Source of the DNA: Tubiluchus corallicola
Lineage: Eukaryota > Animalia > Priapulida
Direction: 5' to 3'
DNA: 64,000 bases
Assembly (NCBI GenBank): GCA_030141605.1
Contig: JAQGDQ010000557.1
Coordinates: 62,001 to 126,000, forward strand
Below, one piece after another: positions 1 to 12,800 of this stretch (positions are counted from its first letter, which is position 1; every line of letters begins with the position of its first letter). Made by a program: the position numbers and the translations under genes. The notes under the pieces are model-generated. The model saw only the letters and a list, made by a program, of their open reading frames with translations. It did no database searches and was not told the DNA's origin.

Positions 1-136
1 ATAATTGTGAAGGTATACAACATTTACTGACTAGATACATACGGGTGCTAAGTACTACTGCCAATGGGATGTTCCTGAAAATAGATATTACACTGACAAC
101 GGTAGTTTCGCCAGTATTTTACAATGCAGTACAGTG

Positions 137-142
137 TTTATT
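137..142 (-). promoter_or_regulatory. Candidate polyadenylation signal (AATAAA) of the KMT2C/D 3' UTR
   Basis: TTTATT on the plus strand about 400 nt downstream of the stop codon; AT-rich context makes a chance match plausible. Confidence 0.35.
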
Positions 143-544
143 ATATTATTTTCTCAGTGGTTCAGCACACAAAATATACAGTAAATACAAATATTATCAG
201 ACTTTGTACACTACAAAACTACATAAAGTATTGCAACACTCGTAACTAAAATACAGAAATTTATATACATTATTCACTGCACTGCAAATTTATATATAAT
301 GATATATGTAGAACTGTATATTATTTGTATATTTATAGAAAGAAATAGATTATGAAAAATCACATTTCATCATGTTTTTACATCCTTACAAGCGGGAAAC
401 TAAAATTAATCAGTGCCTGAGAAGACTAAGTATTTGTAGTGCAAGAAACGCCAGTGAACTGGGTTACACGTCAACCTTGTGGATTAATTCATCCACTTAT
501 GAGGCTTATACGATCCACTTATTGTGTCCATTCAGTTACATGGA

Positions 545-823
545 TTAATTCATCCACTTATGACAGTTTGGTGCACCGCAGTTACAAGGTATCTTATGTT
601 GATCGTCTTCATAATCAAACTTGTAATCATATGTGAGCTCCTCGCCTTTCTGTAGCCTCCGGTTAGAATAAATGATAATCTTGCTCTCCTTTTCTCCAAA
701 GTTTACCACCTCCGCCACGCAGTTAGGATTGCACGAATGGTTGATGTACCGAGCAGGACCGCCCGTCATTGTAGCGTCGCACACAGTGTCATCGTCTATT
801 CTAAACATGTACACACCGCGATT
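545..823 (-). CDS. KMT2C: KMT2C/D terminal exon: SET C-half and post-SET, stop TAA
   Basis: NRGVYMFRIDDDTVCDATMTGGPARYINHSCNPNC...ELTYDYKF...CNCGAPNCHKWMN*; cag acceptor at 824-826. Confidence 0.97.
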   Translation of the reverse strand, partial: NRGVYMFRIDDDTVCDATMTGGPARYINHSCNPNCVAEVVNFGEKESKIIIYSNRRLQKGEELTYDYKFDYEDDQHKIPCNCGAPNCHKWMN

Positions 824-3800
824 CTGCAAAAAAGTCATTTCGAATACGTAAGGAATAAATAGAAATGTGTGGAAGAAAATAGCTTATCCAAATATAGTAA
901 ACTACATATAACTCGAATTGGTATGACTCAAATTCTTGCATAACTCGTGGAAAGGATTTTCTCTTTAACAAACACCATGTAACTCGAATTATCAAGTAAC
1001 TTGAACCGAATTTCCGGTACAATTACTAAGAATCTTGAGTAAAATTATCTCACCAATCTCGAACAGCCTCCCAAGCAAGAAATCCTACGCAAAGATGTGT
1101 ACCACATTATGATTTTAACTGCTAGTTTTAGCAAAAACACTAAGAATTCTTGTATTACCTTAGCTAAACGATGAACACAACATGTCTTAGCGAACGTGGT
1201 TTAATGTAGCTCTATTCTAACGAATACTATAACATGCTACTCACAGTACAATAGAGGTGGACCAGTCATTTTATTTTTGATTATTCATAAAAATTGTTGT
1301 TTCATATTTGATTGAAGGCTCAGTTTGTCATTTTCACAGGCTGTGGTGTTACTAGTGTATTATCCGACATTGATGAGCGACTCAAAATCTTGTTTTCTTA
1401 TGAACATCGTCTAACTCGTACTTTCGCATAGTTCGAACAAATTTTCCAGTCCCGAGGTGTTCAAGTTATACATAGTTTACTGTATTGAAAAGTTGTTGAA
1501 AAGTTTTACCAAAGTTTCAAATAAACATAAACCAGTTCTGGTATTAAAACCACTACTACAGATTCTCACAGAAACAACAACGAGCAACGGGTATGATTAC
1601 AAGAAATTATAATTTGACTAATTAGACGGGCTTCATCAGTTAACATATTATTGCCATTAAATATTATTTCCAAGTTAACAAAGACAAAAGCCACATTAAC
1701 TTAAACCAGATAACAGATATCCAGTATACCAGACTTTGGAAATAACGACCTGTATGCGCTGTCGGGATCAGCCTGGTTACAACAGACAAGTCCACTATGG
1801 TGATGTCATGTGGTCTACACCGTGATTACAGGTCGGTGAGTGATGCAACACGTACAGCAGTCAGAGTTCGGGATGAAGCAACTATCATTGCGTTATTATT
1901 CATTTAACTTCTTATATATGGTTTATCAGACTACATCATGTAATGTACAATAAACTCCACATAAGATGGCTACGGACCAAAAATTGTCTGAGTTGCATGA
2001 TAAACCAAGTATGGCCAAGACACATTTTTGTCATTCATTTTTCGGTGGATCCACTATGTGCTTGCGCGTGCTATTTATTGAAACGGGAGTCTGTTCACGG
2101 CCAAATGTTACTTCGTTTGCTTTAGAATAATCAATTGATGACTGACTCCATTTATTTTGATTAATCTATTTAGAAAATGTCTAGTACTAATGGCAGGTAC
2201 ACACTCGCCACACCACCGCTCAAGATGGAACCGCCCAGTTACCATAATTAAGCAATCTGCAGTGAAATTTGACATGCTGGGTGTACATACAACAACAACA
2301 AAGACAACCGTCTACATTTACTGCGAAAGATAGTCGGCCAGGCCTGCTACTGAAGCCAACAGAGCCAGTCCAAACAATGATAATGTATTTTCCGTTTAGC
2401 CATTTTATTAAAAAGAGAATTGCCGAATTACTAGTACACAAACTCCTGAGGAAACAAAGCAATTTGCACCTCACATGCAAAATGCGTAAATTGCTCCTGT
2501 AAAACAAACTGAATTTAGCGAATTTAAAAATACTGAGTTTTGTGACTGCTTCAAGCTTTAAGATATATAGAAACAAAACTGTGTTAGCAAAGCTATCTCA
2601 GATCACAGATCACTGTATTACTTCCGAATTACACAAAACTTACTGTATTGTTTCAAACCGCGTTACTGGTTTGTTTTCTCCACTAACATGTGCTGTATAT
2701 GTATCACCTGGTTGTTGTAGACCATTGATTATTACAGATTACCTTTCCCCCAATTATTCTGTTATAATACGGGTTAACCATATTGTGAATACTCAACAAC
2801 TTGCGTCTTACGTCCAGACATGACAAATTCAATAACATGGACGACGAACAGAATTGTTGAATGATTTTTACAATGGTGGAAAAAGCAAGAAAAGCCATCA
2901 TTCACAAAATATAAACCAATTAAAAAAGAGACAAAATTCGGGACATCATCTACAGACCACGTGAATTGTAGACACAGGATACATGCATTGCAGGCAAAAA
3001 ATTGTGTCTAAAAGCAACTCTAGTGAAACATAGAAAAGTACAGTAAGTCCTCCCGCTTAGCGACATTTCGTTTTAACGAAGCTAAACATTTGACACCTTT
3101 TTCTCACTTAACAATGCATGCTTCATTTTAATGACGATTTTTTACTTTGCTCACAGCCATTTTTTATTTTATCAACAACGTTTCTACCTAATTTGAAGCA
3201 TTAAAACAGTAATATATATATAGTAATAGATAATAAATTAAAACAGATCTATAGTAATATTAAACAAATAATAATAATAAAAAATTTGACTCTTCTAGCC
3301 CAACATTACCTGTTCTTCATAATCTCGTTCACGTTTTTCCGACACCTCATTCCTGATTAGTTCACCTATGTACTCTATCACCATGGTATGCTTTTCTATC
3401 TCTCTAGCAGCAAATAACCCCAGTCCCTAAATGGCAAATTCACTTACTGAAATACAGCACAACTCACACAGATCATAAACTGTTTGGTCTTTAAATTTAC
3501 CGTATATACTCGCATATAAGCCTACATCGCATATAAGCCGACCCCCTAAAACTGCTTTAAAATGGCCAGTTTTTGCAAAAACCCGTATATAAGCCGACCA
3601 TCAACTTGTCTAATTTTACTCCATACCCAATCAACAAAATTGATCCCTTTTTGTCACATTTTGTTAATTGGGTATTTTTGGTTCATAGAAATTTTTTACT
3701 ATAAAGATGTGAAATGCTTACTTTTATGTTACATACTAGAAGAAATAGAAGAAATTATACATTTTGATATGAATAAAGAAGAAAATATTTTGTTTTCTAT

Positions 3801-6800
3801 TTATTCACAAAAAATTATAACATTTCTGTTTATAATTTAACGTAGTGTTTTTAAAAATAATTAGAAACCTTCAAAATCATTGTCACTACCACCCTCATCG
3901 TAAAATTTTTGTGCAATTTTCGTTCTCTGTCTCAAACTTATAGAGTGTCTGATCAGAAAACGTGTACACCAACCTGTGGAAGCAGTGAACCCTTCATATT
4001 TATTGGCTATCATTATTGGAAAAAATGAAAACAAGTAGATTTAATATTAAACCCGTATACATTTTTAATATTTTTTATCTAATGAATACAAAAAGCAGAC
4101 ATTTATTGAAATGTGAATTTTTTCTAAAAAAAAAGTGGGTGGACGGCGATCCCCCACGATCCCCCTCCAATACACCACTGGTGACACACAACCAAATAAA
4201 GAGTCAGATAGCGATGAAAATGTGTGGAAATTGGCATTAGTGTCTGTCCTTGTGTTCATTTTGTTTCATGCGCGTATAAGCCGACCCCCTGATTTCAGTA
4301 TTGTATTTTATAGTTCTAAATTCGGCTTATATGCGAGGATATACGGTAGTTTCACATTTAAAAGTCACAAATTTAATAATCTAATTAACATTAAAAAGGT
4401 ACTGAGGTTAACAGCAAGAATAGAGCTGCCCAGGTAAATAAATTTACATCTATAAAAGTAAATTCGCACTAATATCAGGTGGTGGTGTGCATCTGACATT
4501 AGGTAATGTCTTATATGTCTTACAAAATGTGCAGAAGATTTGATCATGATGTTGTAAGATGAAAACAATCACACGAAAATTATCAAACTGATGTTTGCAA
4601 ATTTTTAATGTATAAACACCATGTATAAATTAGGTCATTCTGTTAGATTTATCTAAAGTGCACAAGGTTAAATCGACATGACATAAAAATAAATGCCAGA
4701 AAAAGAAGTTTTCACTTCTTTAAGGGGTATTTGGTCTCAGCACTCAAAGGTTCCTCGCATCAAACGGCTCTGCGTTGTCATTGCACACTTTCTCTTTAAA
4801 AGAATTCCAGATACCGTAATCTAGAGGATTATCTCCCATCCCAATTTTTCCCGACAACAAATCTTCATCAATGTCTCACTTTCCGTGATGAAAACCATGA
4901 CGTAAACGGATCGATTTCCTTCTTTTGCTGCCATGTATCGAGTGTTTTGTATGTCAACGCAGCTTGATGAATTATAGCTGAGATTGTTATTTTAATTTTT
5001 TAACATGCAAACATTTTTAGCAGTAATTAAGAACCACTGAAACTATAAACTTGCTACTTTCACAGCCAAAAGTTAATGTATTGCAATATCGACCTAAGAA
5101 ATTTCAACTTTGCTTGCTTTGTAACTTTGTAAAACACTTGCTTCTAATATTATTGTAGCCTAAACTTCGGCATGCTTTTTCTGTGCCTTTAAAGTTATAG
5201 ATGCTACATATGTATTAAAAGAATGTTGCAACGATATACCTGTATTCTAGAGCGAGCCAAATACACCATCTGTCGCCATTCGTGTTTCAAGCGTCGATAT
5301 TGTGAAGACTTGGAATGTATAAACTGTTTCAGGTATGGAGAGTGAATGTCCCAAACCTCGCGATGTTGTAACGACGAACGAGACGTTGAGCTGCTTGTAA
5401 GGGTGTGAGGCCTGCAACATGCAACAAGAAAAATTTGAGTATAATAGTTTTTATTTTATACTTAATATTTATTCTCCCATTTTTGTACACAAGTACAAAA
5501 AATGCAATACATGTTAATAAATTAAAAAGTTAATAAACTTATATATATACACTGAGCAATATCTACAAACAGTATATACAAACAGTAAAACAATTTTGAT
5601 TTACTTTTCATTGGTAACATCATTTATACTTGCTAGAAATGAACAGAATTATAGGTATTCTGCTGTTATGCAGTTCAGCACCAGAAGAACTTTATGTAAA
5701 GCAGAATCACCATATTAATGACATATCATTAACTCAGCATTTGACGCAGAAACATTCACAATTGCAACTTATCAAAAAAGACACGCAACAAAGATTATCG
5801 AAACTTTCAAAGTTTATTCTATATTGTACATCACACATTTTTTAGAAATTAGCTACAAAGGTCCAAAAATTCAAAAATAAGTGCAATTACTATAGCATGG
5901 CATCTGCCCCATTATGCACGCAAGTAAGTTCTTAATGGACCAAAGCCATGCAACACACAATGTTACCACAATGTATGCCATTATTACTTACCTTTTAACA
6001 CGTGTTTCAGACCGTGGCTCACATCTAGCGCAACCTGATGGGTTGATTGCAAGTGGTAACTCAATAAATGGAGATCGCCCAAACTTGAAGTGATATTCAC
6101 TCAGATTTTCAATTCCGGGTAACTAAAACATACATACATATATGTATGTATATATATATATATATAAATATATATGTATATATGAAAAAAAGAATTAGTA
6201 TTACGATGCATACAATTAATGAATGTTCACTTTTTAATAACAAAAAACACAAGTTACATACAGATTCTAAAACTCTAACGATGGCTGGTTCAGCTAGACC
6301 ACACAATTCTTCCGGACTGATAAACCTGGGAAACAGTTTCAGCATGTCTGCATTAAGCCTCTGCTTTTCAACAGTCTCCAATGTATGCGACCAAAGATCT
6401 TAAAAAAGGCAAAGTTTATAAGATTAACATATGTGCATAAAACACTTCATATATGTTATAAACGCAAAATGAATAAGTTTATACATCACAGGCACTTACT
6501 GGCACAACTCTTAAACAAAAACAAGGTTTGTAAGATTAACATGCATGCACAAAAAAGCTTTATTTGCCTTACAAATGCCAAATGAATTAGTTTATACACC
6601 ATGAACACTTACTGCCACAACTCTCATTTTCATCAGACAAGTCTGGCTGGTTCTTCTCCACAACCATGAGCTTGAAATACGGTTTGCCGTCCCGTTCACT
6701 GATGACAAATGTATACCTCGCTCTCTTGAGCAGTGTCCTAGAGCTCCAGTAAAACCTCGTAGTTTTAAAGCCAACCTGTTAAAACATGACCAAACCAGCC

Positions 6801-9800
6801 ATGAAGTGAAACTTGATTACATACTGTGGAATACATTCAAAAACGTAAAAACGTTTGGAAATGTTCTTATGAAAACAGTCAATAATGAAACAATTTTCGC
6901 ATGTTAAACCGGGAATACATACCGGGAAAATGAAATTTCGATTGTGAAAAGCTTGCAGTTGATGAGGCAGAAGCTGCCCAACACTGTGGAAAATCAAGCT
7001 TCCAATACGCAGACAATAGTGCATTATTCCCTGCTGCATCATGCTGAAACAGTAAAACCCTTAATAAGAATTAACGAATAATTGCCAGTAATAACATCTC
7101 ACCAAGTTTCGAATGAAATAAAAATTGAAAACACATTATTCACTACCAATTACCATACACAACCATTACTTCTTTTTTTATTCGTTATGACGTCACCAAG
7201 CATCTGATAATACATAAACATTATCAGTCAGAAGAATCACATTTATAATGTAGTAATCCAATAACAAATAATGGCATCTCACAAATTGGTCCATGCATTA
7301 CATTCACGAGTAGAATACAATGTACACTTAATAGTGAAGCTGCGTTTATGACAGGTGAAAGCTAAACAAGATGATAATGAAATGTGGAAAGTGAAATAAG
7401 GTTGCCTTATTGCCTTATGAATTAATCAATTAAAAACAATTCAATCACAGAACTATTTGTTTATTTTCATTGCAAATGACAAAAACAAAATAAAAAATTC
7501 ATTTGTCTGGTTATTTGTTTGTTTTCACAGCAAATGAAGTAAACAAAATAAACAATCATTACCTGGCTATTTGTTTGTTCTCATCACGGGTGATGTAAAC
7601 ACGCCTAAACACTGCAACATTAGTCAGCACTCCTCCTTCCGGTGCTTTCGGTTTATGGGTTGGGCACATCATTGTCTATGCAGAGAAAATGATTCAATAA
7701 ATTCAGCTGCAGTGCGCAGTAAAATGGACACTCAAAAATCACATTAAAGTCTTGTTTGCATTAAGCAACAATTTTAAACTCCAGTGCAGGAAGTCTTTGG
7801 AAAAAAATCAAGTATAAATTACAAATTATGCAATCATAAACAAAAGTTTATTTCCCTGTGGCTGCTAGGGGGAAGTTTTGAATAAGTTACGAGGTTTTAG
7901 TCTGTTCTGCATGTTACATCTAAGAGTAGAATCATTTTATTAGGGGTTTATAAACTCTCTCTCTCTCCCTCCCTCTGTATAACTATATTTCTATTCACAG
8001 TCTTTTATTCACTCACCTTGTTTTCAAAAAACATGCATCCGTATTTCCAGGCACAGTTAAAATGATAATACTTGGCACATCTGATCTGATGACAACCCAG
8101 GGTAGCACCTAGTTTCTGACAGTGAGCACACGACGTGCGAAAGGCACGCTTAAATGCTGCTTCCATGTTCATGAGCGAGCCGTTCAAGGTCTCATACACT
8201 TCGCTTGACCATAGAGCACAGTTAAGATGCACCCACTTGTCAACATCACAGTTTAACAGCCTTAAAAACAAAAAATACAAGCTACTTTTAAGAATGTGAT
8301 CTAGCAACCAGATATTATAGTTATACATCCTTAAAAACACAAGGCAAGAAAAATTACAAAATAATTTGTAAGAATGCGATGTAACAAACCGACACTGTAA
8401 CAGAAGGTACTGAAGTAGTATGCAATAATTTGACCATGTTTGCAATTTTCATCTGTTCGAGATCACAAAAAATGCATTTTAGTGCATATTATTCTCTGCA
8501 TTGTTTCCACGTTATAATTAAAAGCTTGTGTCTAATGATCAACACATTTAGTTAATTGCTGAATTTGCAAATGACGATATCAAATTCAGGAATCTATTCA
8601 GCCAAGAGTTTTGACAAGACAGATTTACCTTCCAGGTCCATTGCATTTCCCATCACCCACAGCATTGCACAAGATGCAGTGACGTCTTTCCTCCGGCCTC
8701 TTGTCTTTCGGCAGCCGAATAATTGTTCCCAGCTTTAGCCGCAGCTAAAAACAAAGCATTTGGTTAATAGTTTTGCTTGCAAAAGACGATGACAGTTTAA
8801 AAATGTTTTTTCTGTTTCAGGACCAAGCACAGCTTATTTAGCTTGCTGAGATAATACACAAAATTAATGAACAAAAAAAAGTCGACAATCTGTCACAGTT
8901 TCAAAGACAAAACGATAGTTAAGATGCTGACGATATTTGAATTTGTACAAGCAAAGTTATACTGCTGAACTGAAATAACTATTCCAATATCCAAGTTATT
9001 ATTCAAGTTATTTCACTCAATGTGAAAATTTTTGTTTATTGTTGAAAAGCGTGCAATTAACACTTCCATTTTTACATTATGCCATGAACAATCAATAAGA
9101 AAATGCTATAGCAGCAACAATAGTAATAATAATAGTAACAGTTACAGTAACAGTAATAACAATAGCAACAGCAATAGTAATAGTAAATTCTAATAAGCTA
9201 CAAAGCAATAAATTTGGAATTCACATACCTCAAGGACTTCTTTAGGATCAGGAGGTTCATATTTTTTCTCCACGTTTAAGCACTCCTTAGTCCAATGTTT
9301 GTACTTCACACCTTTCCACCTTTTAACTAGAGGCTGTAAGCATTCAAAACTTAGAATCAAACCCTCCAATGCCACAAACAATACAAAATAATAAGTTAGT
9401 ACTGACAAGTTAATGTAAAACTGTATGTATGGTGAATACAATGCTACAGACTTTAAAAAAGCAAGTCTTTATAACTAACGACTCTCGACAAATGTTCAGT
9501 CACGATACGCAAAAATGTATTCTGAGTGACCTGTTGTTACAGGCTGGATAAGCTTAGCAGGTTGTAGCTTCATCCACTTTTCATTTTATTGTGTGGACAG
9601 ACACACATGCACAAGTACACAGACAGGCACAGATGCGACTAAACACCCTACCCTGTATTACCCGCTGGCGTGGGTAAATACAACTATTGTTCATACTAAT
9701 ATTAGCACTACTGACATAGAAAGTTAAGAATATACCTTTGGAGGTAGAACTTCTTCTTTTCCTGTAGTTGACTCGTTCTCGCTCAGTTTACGCCGCTGAG

Positions 9801-12800
9801 GCTCTTTGTCTGTCTTTGGAGAATCCGTTGGCTCACTGCTTACATGATCTATCACAGTGCCACCTTCTTGCTGCAAAAAGAAATGCAACATTAAATATGA
9901 AAGTGCAAACTTGTATTACAAACTTCGCCTGCGTAGCCTGCCAGGATATTCATTTCTAATTCCATACATTTTTAGTTGTCAAAGTAAAAATGAATAATAT
10001 CCTTTCTGTTAAAACATTCACCAACTAATACCTTTAGTGCATCCATAGCAGCGCCTCTGTGTGAGATAGCAAACTGCATATAGCAGCTGGGGCTACAAAA
10101 TATCACCTCATTATCCTCTTCGTGGCCCAGGAATGGCATTTCTGAGGATTTCTTCCGAATGCCAGCATTAAGGACCATTACGTCGCAGTGCCTGCAGAAC
10201 TTCTGCTTTCCACTCAACATTGTCTGAATGTTCATACTGGCTTCTTGCCCTATAGTGAAACATCACAAAAATTATTGACGCAAATCTTGCAAAAAAACTA
10301 GGCAAGCATACTTCCAATATGTGCACCAAGTTGTAATCACCTATTTTGCACAGCTTAGACTTCCTTCAAAAGAAATGTGTGTTAAAGTTTAGGTTTATGC
10401 TACTTTAGGTATAGGTTTAGGAACCTTGGACTACAATAGCAATAATTCCCTGCCACATAACAGTAATGCATTGCTAGTCTAGCTACCACAACTGCATTTG
10501 AATGCCTTAGCAAGCCTTATTGGATGTTAATTTCTTATTACTTAAAACATGTGGAGGATCAGGGTTAAAAAGCTCACTAAAAGAAGCATCAAAATTTGTT
10601 AGAGTTGGAAAAAATTTCATCATCTACTCCAAAAAAAATGAAAAATCTACTGATATTATTAGTGTAGTTTTTAATAGGTAACTATTTATTTCCAAAAATG
10701 TGAATGGCTAGCAATCAAAACAAATATGTCTTAAACATAAAGAAATATACTAATAAATAAAATTACTTACGTCTTCGTTTCAAAGCCTCTAATGTATGCC
10801 CAGGGGGTGGCGACGCTGACCCATCCAAAATTTCATAAGACGAAGGCACGGGAATCTTTAACAAATCCGCTAAACCGGTCAGAACTCCTTGAACGTCTTC
10901 TGCTGCAGTGGCAGTCAAGGTTAGCGTTACAGACACATTACCGCCAGTGAGGTTGAGGTCTTTAAGTGGCCTAGGTGCAGAAGCTATAGGCGGAATGCCC
11001 ATCTTTGACAGCAGGTAATCCTTGTCGATTTTTAGTGAATCTGGCAAAGACGGCTTTTCCAGATTTTCTTTATCCTAAATGCAATTTACCACTTTTAACA
11101 AACGGTATGACAAAAGAATTTTAAACTTTCATTTCAAAGTAGATGGCATCTTTCTTATTTCTATGTTTATATTCCACAACAAATTCTAAATAGCCTCAGA
11201 GATTATCAGAGCAACAGATTACCAAACAACAAAGAATTTAATGAGAAAATAATATACCTGTTCTTAATAGAGTGCACTGTGTGAAAAACAGATTACAGGT
11301 AACGAGGCTTGACAATACTTACAGTAAATGAGTGGAATGCACCTTTACAAAGACAAGGAGAAGTTACCTTGAACGATTCATCATCCTCCTGCGACCGTTT
11401 CAACTGCTCTTGTCTTAACTTTTCCTCTTGTTTTAACCTTATAGTAGAAGCTGAAAATAATGCAACACGGGTGAATTGACAAAATGTGCACGACTAACAC
11501 TGCACTAAAAGTAGGTTACCACAGTTCCAGAGAAAATGGCAAGCATTGCTTTAACCCACTTATTGCTCATCAAGTAGAATAAGAAAAAGAATTAAATAAA
11601 TTTTTCTACGTCTCACAAATAAATTGCTCACCAAGTAGATTCACATAAAAATTAAAAAAAATTTCTACAACTCACAAAAATGCATCTTTAATAGCATATT
11701 TCACCTGTGTAAGAAATAAACTGTAAAACAACAGAAAACTATTGTCAGAAAATAATGGTAGATAAAAATATGAAGAGTATATGGTACACCTTACTAATAA
11801 CCTAGTTCACAAGGTATCAGTAAAGGCCAAATCAAAAACTGCAATCATTACTGGTTAAAATTTAATGAAATTGTGCAAAGTTTGACACAAAAGGACGGAC
11901 AGCATAAGGCAACGGTAAAAAAGAGGTGAGAAGGAATTTACCAAAGATGACCGGTACGTGGAAAACAAATCGGACGATTTTCATGTAAAGGTTTAATAGT
12001 CTCTTTCGAGCGTACTTTCCATGGTAGTTCACACAGGCTGGAAAGGAGAAAGTATGGTGAAGTAAAACAAAGTGCGAAGAGAAAACAATTGAAGCTTAAA
12101 CATAGTTAATAAATACGATATTTCAACAGTAGTGTTATGGTTTTTTCAGACTATGATCAGTAAAAGGAAACAAATTTTAGACTGTATGCTGTAGCTTACA
12201 GGTCCTATACTTAATATTATCAAAGATCTAAGTCTGGCAATTTGAAGGACCAAAAGAGCAAATACTGAATTTCTAGATAACACCCTATATTGTCGCATTA
12301 CTTGGGGACCAAATTCAAATTTGAAACTCTAAACTTAAAACCTGGCACATCTTTGCGTTTCATTGTCAGTGTTGTACAGCAGTGGCTTTTCTGAAATATG
12401 TATGTACTTGTCATTAAAAAAATGTTTCCATCACAGACATCATCTAGAGGTCTAGGCGATATAATACTGAATACTAGTATACTATACACGCTATTTAGAA
12501 CCAACAGCTACAGCAAGCCACCATTAAAGAACTACTGTAATGTACAAAGAATAACGTTAAAAGGAAATTTGGGACTGTATGGTTAACTGACATCATTTTT
12601 TAAAGATAGTTTCCTTAACAGCTAATATAACTGCAACAGATATTGAAGTTTTTTTATCGCATTATAATGATTACACAAATAATAAAAAGAGACATAAAAT
12701 AAATAACTTCTCTTTTTCTGCCAAATTTCAATGCGTGCATTGCCATAAAGATCGCCATGTTTCACATCTTTGGCGCGAGTGAACGAGAATGACATACAAG

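Noticed and set aside
4720-5192. TTAA-flanked piggyBac/Kolobok-like MITE
   Set aside because: Only a few terminal bases match; not enough to support a call.
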